Below, one piece after another: positions 12,070 to 24,300 of a stretch of 64,000 nucleotides of DNA. The DNA is from Saccostrea cucullata (taxonomy: Eukaryota), in assembly GCF_032062105.1 (NCBI RefSeq), contig NW_026936003.1, positions 558,001-622,000 of the forward strand, read 5' to 3'. Position 1 is the stretch's first letter; each line of letters begins with the position of its first letter. Below the pieces are notes generated by a model, which searched no databases, was not told the origin of the DNA, and saw nothing but the letters and a program-made list of their open reading frames with translations. The position numbers were made by a program, and so were the translations under genes.

Positions 12070-12114
12070 GGGTATCCCCCGTCACTCATGAGTGATTCAG
12101 AAAAGGGAATTCCC
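12070..12114. promoter_or_regulatory. Candidate NF-kB/Rel site cluster upstream of the IRAK-like gene
   Basis: Perfect palindromic GGGAATTCCC at 12105-12114, kB-like GGGTATCCCC at 12070-12079, palindrome TCACTCATGAGTGA between them; ~270 bp upstream of ATG 12383. Confidence 0.6.
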
Positions 12115-12382
12115 CACTTCAAAACTACCCGTATTTTAAATCCATATTTTTCTCTACCTGCTATTAGTTCGTTACCTGAATTCTTCTGTTAAATTATTTT
12201 GAATCAAAGAGAGGAAGAAAAAAGTGTCTATCCCAAAGTTAAGAGTGTACGTTTGAAAACTTTTAGTGGATATCAGACACACCTGGACAAATTTACACGG
12301 GAGACGATTAGACTATACACCTGTTCAATCGACCAATCGAGCTTGTTTTTTACTTCCTTCTCCCGATGACAGAGATGTAAAC

Positions 12383-15300
12383 ATGGCGTCGGGGAAAAAA
12401 CATCACCGAAGTCGAGAGAGTCATTTTATTTACGACCTTCCATTCAGTATTACTCGACAAATATGTTGTAATCTAGATCTGGATAAAGCATGGGAAAAAT
12501 TAGGTAAATATCAGAATCAATCAGAGAACTATCTATCAAAGATGATACTGAAATGGTGACCTCAATATTTTCTGTGTATTGCGTTTATTAGCTGTACATT
12601 ATTCTACTTTTGAAAATGTTTCTTAGAGTAGTTACAAGTAAACAAAATGCATGATCGTGACTTCGGGTTTCTATTAAGGAAATTTGATCAAGAATCACAG
12701 TAAAGATTTGGTTACAGTATGACTTTAAACACTTACTTTTGAGCATGTTGAGTGTTGTCTGAAAAAATTTAGTAAAGTGGTTTTTTTTATGTGAACTTTT
12801 TAAAATGGTTTGTAAAGGGAGATGAGAAATATGTAGCGGACCGGACCGGGATTTGAACCTGGGTCCCTTGAATCTCCACTCAGGTACTCTACCGACTGAG
12901 CTTAGTCTGGTCACTGGCAATCGAACTCATCTGACCATCACAGGTGTACACTTGTAAGTCATTGTTTCATTTGAATGTTTTACAGCTTCAGAGATAGGGT
13001 ACACAATTCAGGATGTGAGAATTTTTGAGATGGCTTTCCAGCACCATCACGGCAGCCCTTGTAAGGAGGTACTGAGTGACTGGGGATCTAAGAACGCCAC
13101 GGCCAGGGACCTGTATCTTATATTACAGAGGATCGGCAGGAGGAGAGAGATGCAGCTACTGGAGTCATATTGTGAGTGACATTTTTTAAGCACTGTAAAT
13201 GAGCTACATTGTATTATCATAATTGTTTGCTCTACCTTTTCTGTGTGATTTGTAAGTTTGAATCCAATTTGCGACAACTTGTACAATCAAACCTAACAAT
13301 CTCAAACTTGATATGGGATGATTACCAGGGGAAAAAGAGAACATTAATTAACTCTTTACCCCTTAATGCCACGATTTGACGCACTGGCCATATCCTTAGA
13401 GTGTTTGCCTGGCTGCCCCTTGGACCGTTTTAGATGAATTGGAGTGCAGTTTAAAACTGAACTAATAAGGGTCAAATTATTTAATTTATGTTATGTATAA
13501 TATATCATTGGATTCGTAATAAATTAAATTTTTCAAATGTATCGGCATAATTTTGATCGAAATTTTCTGTAAATAATTAATTCAGGTGAAATCAGGTGTA
13601 AATCACAAATTTGATATTTTCAACATGTAAAACGGCTTTTTATAAGCCAAAATCATCTGTATAAGTAATAAAAATTATGTGTGATAATATGATTGATGGT
13701 TTAATTATAATTTATTATCAAATTAATAAGTTTAAAATCTCAGAAATCAATAAATTGTTTTGCTACCTCAATGTCAATCTCGCCAACAAATTTTCAGACT
13801 TGGGTGATAAAACTTGATTTCTGAATGTTTTTGTTTACTTGAATGATCAAATTCTAATAAAATAATTATTTTCTACATCTTCTTATTTATATATACTGTA
13901 GAAGTACTTTTTTCCGCGGGGTCATAATTCCACGGAATCTCAATTTCCGTTTAATCCGCGGGTAGAAAATTATGCGGATTTCTTAGACTGTCTTTTTATG
14001 CCTTATATTTATATTAAGTACGCTTGGACAAATTTCCACGGAAAATTTGTGGCCGCGTACATAGCGTAAATTAATACCACGCGGAAAAAAGTACTTTTAC
14101 AGTATGTGTAAAATGGAAGGTATCTTCTGAATTTCTGAGAAACAGGTAACGAAATCGGCACTGCATATCTTATTTCAAAGTTAATTATACTATTAGATCA
14201 TTATTATTTTCAAAATTTTCGAAAAATAGGTAGTTCATAGCTTGAATTTCATGTAATGCTTTACTGGATGAGAAAATATTGCATACTGACTGAGTTATTT
14301 TTTTCACCATTTTGAATTTTGGTGGGACTTTCCAAGATTCTTTTGTTTGTTTACACAGGTAAATCACGTGATTTCTAACTGTAGTATGATGCAATCATCT
14401 ATTGTTAACCTGCAGGTGGCCACCTGTGCTCTGATAATTTGTAAACAAGCTGTAATTTCAAGTCAAATCAACAAATAAATACACGTGCGTCAAAAGTCGT
14501 CATTAAGGGTTGGGGGCTAGGCGTCAAAAGTTGTCATTAAGGGGTAAAGGAGGGAATGATCTAAGGGAAAAAGAGTTAAGAATAAATGGTGAAAGACTGC
14601 AAGCTCACTTTGACATATCCTTGACTGTGTAAAATTTCATTTTCAGTTTTAAATCATGTTAATATGCCAGATTTTAGTGAAGGCTTGAACACTAACCATA
14701 CATGTACACCTTTGGCTTTCCTTTTTCAGTTAACTGTGACAGCAAGCAGAACAAGGTTCCGTTTCCGAGTCGTGATGACCCGCCCTGTAACGGGACAGAC
14801 ACGCCCTCTATGATCCTCCGGGCACTAGACAGTACCAGTAAGTACGCTCGCACTCAGACAACCCTATGGAGTACACATACTTTAGTCATACTTTTTTCTG
14901 AGGGCGTTTATGCTTTGTCCAAGAAAATTGATCACAGTTTACTGAAATTTTATTAGTGAAGGAACTATAAAGACAGTCTAAGAAATCTACATGATTTTCT
15001 ACCTGCGAATCAAACAATTAAAAAAAAAAAAAATTTTGCAAAATTGGGGAACGGTGGGGGGGGGGGGGAATATGTTTGCAGTATATGAGATTTTTTCAAC
15101 AAATAAGTAAAGCAGTTCAGCAAGTGTGTATTTACCTATTTAGATGTGTGTCCATATATAAATAAGGGAGTCAGGACACATGACATATATATTGACTTGA
15201 TTGGCTATGTCACAGTTCTGTATTGTACGTAGATGCTGAATGTTATAAAATCACTAGCATTTTATGAAATATTTGTGCTTGAACTTTTAAGGTAAAAAAA

Positions 15301-18300
15301 TATATTCAGAAGTTTAAAACCAACTTTTCAATTTTTGAAATTTGAAAAGTAGATTGATCCACCCCTCTGTTTTTTTTTTTGTTTTTGTTTTTTGCACTAT
15401 AATGAAGTCATGACAAAGAGGAGTGAATTTGATTTATTTTATATCCCTTCATGTTAAACAATTTGAGATGAATCATTTCCAAATTATGCTTAGCCTCATT
15501 GAGTAATATTATTTCCCTGTGTCAACGATTCCCAGAATTAATAACTGTCACCTGTTAAAAAGTCCATTACTCACCCACACAATTAAGGAAAAATTTTATG
15601 GTTTTATTCTTAGTTCAATCAAATCATTGACCAAATGTTGAATGATTGGTTTTTCTGTGTTATTTCATATAGTGAATAATAGTTTATTTGACTGGATTTA
15701 TGTAAAATGCAGATGTACATGTATCAAGTACTTCAAATACACGGGGATATGAAAATTTCCAGCCTACTTAATATATACATCAAATGCACTTGTTGCTTTA
15801 TGTTAAACTTTCATTGATATTAAACTCTGATCCATGTATTATTACAATATTAAGCAGTGAATGATAGAAGATTCAAAGTTAACCATTCCCGATCATGTTA
15901 CTGCTTGCACACTGTATATTTCATACCCAATAAGTTATTTTAAAATCAAGTCTTTTGACGTATTTGTTAAGAATGACTGACCAATCAAAAGGATTTGTAT
16001 GTATCTACAATAAAAATTGTTATGTTTCTTTTTTTAGACCTCCCAGCCCCTCCAAGTAAGAATAGCACAAAAGTGAGCAGTGGAGCGTGGAGTACGTCAT
16101 CCATGAATGGTTCCACATCTATGTCGGACAAGAACGTCAATCTAAACACTCCAGAGAACCCGAAAGACAAAGCCACGAAGAAACACGCCGAGTACAAGGC
16201 TATTCCGTCACTGACGGACGAGAGGTTCTACCCGCAGAAGAAGCATGACTACCTGGTAAATATAGTGATTTATAAATGACTGTATTATCAAATTATCAAG
16301 GAACTTTAGAGATGACGTGTTAACTGAGTGGTCCTCATTTATTTGGGAATGGGGCATTTAAAATACCATAGTGGTGAACCTGCATGATGATAAGGAAGTT
16401 CTTAGGACATGATTTCTTAAAGTTCCTTAAAAATCAGAATTCTTTATATTCATGCAAGAAAGGGATAGCCATTAGGAAAAAGACATAATTTCCTTTTCAC
16501 CAAGACTTCCTTTCATACAAGTTCCTTAAATGTTGTTTTTTACTGTAAATTTATGCAATTATTTAGGGACTTCACAATGGAATATGCAATGGATTATTTC
16601 AAATAGGATTACCATACTACACAACATGTAACATTTGACTTTGTGTGAGTGAGTGGGAGTGCTTGTAATTAATGTCTACAGCAAGGTCCATGTATATCTT
16701 GCTTTGAATTTGGAGTTGAGCCTACCTGTGAAGAGATATGAATCTGTTGAACACATCATGTTTTATTTAAATTAATTTTCCTATAAATACCAAAACTGTA
16801 AAATGTTATGGTACAATACAATTAAAAGACTGACATTTGTTCTCCATAGTGTTAATATTAATATGTTTATAATTTTATTTGGTTGCATAAGGATTAATTT
16901 TAATAGATTGCATAATATAGAAGGTTTGATATTTGATTGGTTGTATAATATGAAAGGATTGATTTGATTGGTTGCCAGGGAATCATGAAAGAGACATCAG
17001 GCCTCTCCAGCACTTCCTCTTCTTGTTGTGTGGGGAAGTCCATGTCTTCTGTCAAGGTGGACAAGTGTGAGATGGGCGGCCCGCCCCAGGGGAAGGGGGA
17101 CCTGGGGGAGAGGTCACTGGAGTCAAGCTGGATGGAGACCCTCAAGTAAGTGGAACTGAGATTTTACTTATCTCCTAAATGATATGCAATGATATAATAT
17201 GCAAAAGACAGTTTTAACTTTCAGTGCATTAGCTAGTGAAGGCTAATGCTTATTATTTTTTTTTTTGGGGGGGGGGGCTTTAATTGTGAAGGAAAATATG
17301 CAGTTGTACAGTGAAACCTGTCTTATCCGACATGCCATGGGAAATTAAATTTATGTCGGATTAAACAGTGTGTCGGATTACTCAGTGTTGGCTATTTCTG
17401 TCACATTGTCAAGTATGGCATTAGATCCAACATTATCAGTAAAAGGTACATCTTTGATTATGGCCTCCATATTTATTTCATATAAAAGATTTATACATGA
17501 AGATGTGATTTTATTTCAATAAATAATTAAATGACATGGTACATTTCTATTTACAGTTTCAGACAATAAACAATGCAACGTATATTTACAGCTCCTGAGG
17601 TTTGGTGAAAAAAGTGTCAATTGTTGTCTGTTTTTTGTTAAGTCGCTGTTTAATTAAAGTCTCTTCCGTCAGAGTTGTAAGATACTGGATGCTTTCGAAA
17701 TATCGGGCGTCCTTAGCAATTGCAAATTTGCCCATTTCTCTGAGCATGTCAAGAACATTATTATAGGTCAGATCACTCTGAATAATTTCATCACCGGAAT
17801 CTTCAGAATCACTGCTTGCATTTTTCGTATTGTCGTTTTTATATTCAGACAATATCTTTATTTCCCAGTCTCCATCATACGTCTCTTCTGTTTCCAAGTC
17901 ATTTTCCGTGTCTGTTATTATGTCCAAGTTGTTTTCGTCCGCCATTTCATATTTCATTTTTAAGATGCTTAAAGGTAGATCATTGTCGTCGTCATCGTCA
18001 GAAATCTCAGATGATAAAGATTCGGTAATTTCAACCGGGAAACCTGCGTCGCGGAAACAACTTTCAATTGTGGTTTGTTTTGTCTCATCCCATGCCTTGT
18101 TGATCCAGTGAATTGCATCAAGAACACTAACATTTCTTAATTTTAAATCATGTGGGTGAGATGTGGCATTATCCAGAAAAAGAAGAATTTTTCTGTTTTG
18201 TCTTTTCATTTCTTTATTTACACCGAATATCCAGTCCTTCAATGTTTCCCCGGTCATCCATGATTTTTTGTTTGAGCGCCAAATAACGGGAAGTTTTGGC

Positions 18301-21300
18301 GGGTCAAGACTGCCAAAACAACGGGGCTTGCGGGCTTTACCAATAACTAACGGTTTTAGTTTTTCTCCAGTACAACTACAACACATCATGACTGTAACTC
18401 TTTCTTTAGCTAATTTCCCCCTTTGCATTCTTTCCCTTTTTCGGCAAATGTTTTATCAGGCATCGCTCTGAAAAATAAACCGGTTTCATCACAGTTGAAA
18501 ATATTTTGAGCTGAATAACCACGCACGAGATCCGGAATTCTAGACTGATATTCGTTAACACACTCAATATTGACATTTGCACTTTCACCACAGATTTTAA
18601 AAAAACCTATAGAGTATTTATTTTTCCAACTCTCGAGCCAACCGTTAGATGCTTTGAATTCATCCAGCCCAAGCTCGGCGGCGAATTCAATAGCCTTTGC
18701 CTGTATTAACGGGCCACTTAGCGGTATATTTTTTGCCCTAGCTTGTCCAAACCATTTGAACACCAATTCATTTAATTCAAAAAACTTTGACCCAGATGTA
18801 AATCGTTTTCTCTTGGATGAAATATTTCCTTCATATTGTTCCATTAAAAAAGTCTTACGTTTCAAAATGTCAGATACAGTGGTACGTCCAACTCCGAATT
18901 CTTTTGCAAGCTGTTCTTGTGTTGGTTTTGGAAACGACTCTGATTTTTTTATTAATTCAATTTTTTTTCCAGTCCCAAATCAATTCTTTTCCTTTTAGGA
19001 GACGGCGACATTTCACATAAAAGTTTTCTTTTCTGAGGCGTTGACGCCATTTTCGTGTAAGAATAATACCAACAAAGAGAATGGATTTGTCTTTTTTTAA
19101 TTTGAGTTTTAATCAATTATTGTGTACATAAACAAAACACCTGCAAACTTCAACATGAATCACTGACTACATTCTCAGCTGACCAATTGACCAAACGGGA
19201 CTTTAAAATCACAGCTGGGACCCGTAATTGGCCAGCGGCTAATTATGATATACCTACCTGGGGTTTAACCAGCCGTGTAATTATGTCGGATAACACAGGT
19301 GAAACTGCAATGCAATTAATAGGCCGTGTTTACAAAGAGGTGTCGGAATTCGGAATGTACAGTGGTCGGATTGTAAAGTATTTTTCTATATAAGTTATAT
19401 AAAGATTTTTTTGGGAATAAAGATTTGCGTCGGAAGTGCCAGTGTGCCGGATTGCACAGTTGTCGGATTGGACAGTGGGCACTGTATTTAGGTGTATTTT
19501 GTGAAACATTTGATTTACATTTTATTTTAAAATTTTATTTTATTATTTTTTGGGTTGTGGTTTTTCTCTGTTTATTTAAATTTTTTTTGGAGGGGATGTA
19601 TTATTTTTTTCTTCAGGGTTATACTTTAATTTTTTAAACAGAAAATATAAAAATTTAACAAAATTCTTCGATGGTATTGTTTAACAATTGTCTTCCTTCT
19701 AAAAAAGAATATATTATATATTATATCAAATGACTCGCATTTGAATTTTTTCATCGATCTTGACAGAAATAAAGAGGGTTACTCCTCTCTAGCAAAGGAA
19801 GGAAAATGTGACTTTGACGTAGCAGTGGCCCTGGTGGGAACCCAGAGTTTTACCAACAAGGAACTGAACCATGCCACCAATGGCTTCAGCGAGGAATACA
19901 AGATTGGGGAGGGGGCATTCGGGGAGGTGTTCAAGGGATTCCTTAAAAGATCCTCCTGTGCAATCAAGAGACTGTTTCCTGTGAGTCCACTGCCATCTAG
20001 TTCTGATTAAAACTTACTGTGAAGTTAGATTACAATTTTCTTTATTATGCTACATTTATTAAAAAAAGAAGTATGTTGTATTACATGTGTATGATAGAAG
20101 TTTACATTTATACTGTTTATCTTACACAGAAACAGGATGAAAGTTTAAATTATCAGGAGCATTTGACGTCAGAACTGAAATCACTCATAAAGTAAGTTGT
20201 CTTTTAAAGCATAATTATATTTCTGGAAAGGAACAGCAGTTAATATTTTGCTCATCTATAAAACTATTTGCATACCATGAAATGTATTCCTGAATTTTAA
20301 CAGTTTTGAGCAATCATAGTTGATCATATCTATATAGATACAGACATGAGAACATTGTACCTCTGTATGGTTACACGTTGGAGGAGGGGGAGACCTGTCT
20401 GGTGTACCAGTTCATGCAGAGTGGCTCTCTGGATGACCGACTCAAGTGTAAGGTAAAGTATCAAATTCCAGAAAAGGGGAGGAGAGCTCTACAGGTAGTG
20501 GTTCCTGTTGGAGCTTTCCAACTGATTGTTATATCTCAAATTTGTTTAAAGTGAACATCAAAGATGTAGCTAACATTTGTAATTTTGTTGATTATGCTTC
20601 AGGCTTTTGTTTAAAGCTATAAGTGTTTGTACAGTGAAACTTGTCTGACATGCACTTTGAGACAAATTTGGTGTCGGAATATAGAGGATGTCAGATTATA
20701 CAGTGCAAAGAAAATGGATCAGATTTCAGTGAAAGAGATTGCACAGGTGTCAAATTAGGCAGTTTTCTCTGAACTTGAATTTTTATGATTACCTGACTTT
20801 ACAGAATAACACCCCGTCATTGACGTGGACGCAGAGGATAGACATAATGAAGGGGGCTGCCTGTGGATTACAGTACCTCCATACATTGGACCAGAAACCT
20901 CTCATACATGGAGATATTAAATGGTGGGTGGCTAGTGTAGAGGCAGTTTGTTAATTAACAGAAAAACTACTCAGTTTTAGAGTTTAGAAAAAGGTTAGGT
21001 AGATCATGCTTACTGAATACATTAGAATGCATACTGTATACAGGGTTTTTCCACCTCATACTTCCCCCCCCCCTTTAAATTTGCAAATAATTTTGTCCAT
21101 TTTGAATTAGGCAAAAATAAAATGGGGGTAAAAATTTCCTTGTTTACAGTATGTACACCAAAAAATTGATTTTTTGAAACTGTTATTATTATTATATTGT
21201 AGTTCAAACATTCTGTTGGACAAACACATGGAAGCCAAAATAGGAGACCTGGGATTGGCTAAGCATGCAACAGGTGGAAGTGGCCAATCAGGAAAGCTGA

Positions 21301-24300
21301 CACATATCACCAAGAAACAGACAGGCACAAAACAGTACCAGACCAAGGCCTACCTCCCACCTGAGGTCATAAGAGGGAACGCCATGTCAATCAAAGGGGA
21401 CACATTCTCTTTTGGTGTGGTAAGTAGATCCCAAGCCATTTTAAATCTGGAATAAGTGCCTTTTGTTAGGGTCCATAATTTAAAGGTGATAACCAACCTT
21501 GGAGTGTAATATCATTGCATATAGCCAATACTGTCAGAGGTAATTCTTGTATAAATGGTTTATCCACAATTGCAAGTCATCACCTGCTTGTAGGAACTGT
21601 ATGTCAAACACCTATAAATATAGAAACAAGTTTGATGAACAAAGAAAGAGATAAAGAGAATTTAAAATTGTAATGCTTCACATGCAAATCAGGTTTGTAA
21701 TAAGAACTTATTTTGTCTGCAGGTTATGTTGGAGGTGTTCACAGGAGAGGGAGCTTATGATGAAAAGAGGGAAGGCGGTCAGTTTCTGGTAAGACATTTA
21801 TCCAGTATTCAGTGTTTCGTGTTCTGTGTTGTATTTATGTACCTCTCATTCATCATTCCTGTATTTTTTTCTGTTAGTGTACTTGTCAATAGAATACATG
21901 TAGTTATTGAAAAAAAAAATCAAGGTAAAATTCATAAATCAGTCCTTTTTTAGATGCATTGTATTTACACTGATGTCTAGAATACCATACACTGAAGTGA
22001 GCTTGAAAACTTTTATTTACTGGATTGTATTTTAATTTTTAGTCTCAGAATCCCAAATCCCTAAATATCTTTAAGTTTTTTTCTTGGCACCACTGAGTTC
22101 CAGATATCAGTGTTTGACTGTATTATAACAGAGATGAATTTTGTCTTTGTAGAAGGACTACATTAAAGACTTCAGTGATTCTGAGGAGAAATGTATGGAG
22201 CTGAGAGACAAGAAGGCGGGGTTTGTCGCAGATGATGTAGCTAAACATTTCTTCCGTACCGCCATGAGGTGTACATCTCAACTGAAGAGGGAGAGGCCTG
22301 ATATGGTTCAGGTATAAATTGATTATTTAACTTAATACAGTTAAATTCGTTTAGTTCAAAGACAGATATTCAAAGTTACGGGTATAAAAAGCTTTTGAAT
22401 TCTTTACATTTGCTTAATTTTTTTTGAAGGTCCATACAGAATTGAGTGAAATGGAGGCAGCCCTTAGTCAAAAATACACCACAAAATGCCAAGGTCAGTT
22501 TTCATGGTTTGCAGACAGAAATTAATTTCAGAAAGGATATATGAATCAGTAAATAATTGTTAATAAATGCATAAAAATGATAAAATCGTCAGAATGCACT
22601 AAATTGCATACTGTAAACCAACTATTATTTGCGTCATCTTTTATTCTTGATTTGTCAGTTAGAAATCAATCCACGACAGTTCATTTTCACGAAATAGGAA
22701 GCACTTTCTACAAAAACAAAGCAAAATAAATGGTTCGCGGTGATTAATATTCACGACTTAAAGTAGGTCACGAAACTGGCGAATATTACTCGCACACGAA
22801 TAAAAGTTGGTTTACAGTATACATGTACAGCGTAAAGTACCAATACTACCATATAGGGAATTCCATATGTTGTTATACAGTTAATTCTCAATAAACCACC
22901 ACCTTTTGTAATTTAGAAATCTTGGCGGTATAACGAATTTGGCGATGAATTGAATTTCCCATCTTCTGGAAAACAAGAAGTAGAGTTACCGTTCTTAGAA
23001 ATACCATTTAGCGTTTCGATTCTTATTATTACATGTACATGTATATAAAAACATATTTCTGATTGAAAATACTTCAAGTAATTTTTTTATGTACAAATTC
23101 GCAAAAACAAAATGTGCAGTTTTGAAATAAAGACAAGTACATGGGTGTGCATTTAAATCTGCACGTCTGCTGTTGAAAAAAAAAACATGGTGGGTCGATC
23201 GTCGTGATATACATTTCCGATAGTAAGTAAAATGAATTCTTGAATAAATTAATTGTTTATGGCAACATTGTTAATTTAACATTCACAATTTATACAGTAT
23301 AATTATTTTTTCAGCAACCTTTGCATTGTTTAAAGCAGAGATCATCTAAATAATATAGTTATCAGCGTACTTTAACAACGACCGTTTTTGTGGCAAAGCC
23401 GTGACTAAATGAATTTTTTTTTTAACAGAAAACAAAATTATTATAACAGTTCATGTTAAAATTATTGTTTATTTAGTTCTTGTTTAATTACTTAATTGCA
23501 TGTACCTTGTCTGTGTTTGCATGCTTTACAACAGGGATAGTGTCAACCAATTAGCCCCGCTTCACTGACCGCACGCACCTGTGGCGGTATATCGAGATAA
23601 TTGACACTTAAAAATGGACGTTTGTTGTGAAAACAGGGTGGCAGATGGCGGTATGCGAATTTGGCGTTATAAAGAGAATTTTATATAGCAGGAAAAACGT
23701 TCTTGGGAAATCATGGCGGTATTGCGAAAATGGCGATGAATCGAATGGCGATAATTCGAGAATTGACTGTATATGTGCACAAATCTTGGGTGGGATTGGA
23801 TAGAATTTGAGTTTAGTTGAACCCCACCCCCCTCTCGTGGAAAAAAGTTCCTTAATTTTTGCATTTGCACCTTGAGATAATTTCTTCTGTAGAGTACTCT
23901 GTAAATATTGACTTGTGAGGAATGCTAAAAACTTTATTTCATTATTCTGTAGAAAATGCAGAGATGTACAATGGATGCCCTCCATTTGGACCTGTTTCAG
24001 ACCAGGGGGACACCAGAATGGATGAATTCTCCTACACAAGCAATGGATACCACCAGCCTGGTCTAATGGCTGTCCCACAACAACCTGCCTCAATGATCTC
24101 TCAGCAAGGCTTCCCACAAGGCATGCCTCAGCAGGTGTATATGACAGGGGTGCCTCCACAAGGCATTATTTACCAGCAGGCCTTTGTAGGAGGCATGGCA
24201 GGCCAGCCAATGACAGAGGCCATGAGGTTACAGATGGGCTACGATTCAGGATTAAAATCAGATGAGATACCTGGGTATTTAAATACACATCCTACCTATG

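Noticed and set aside
12839-12912. Functional tRNA gene
   Set aside because: Mismatches in acceptor and T stems and an irregular anticodon loop; embedded in a TG..CA element.
17816-19020. Plus-strand ORFs over the transposase
   Set aside because: Antisense shadows of the Tigger ORF.
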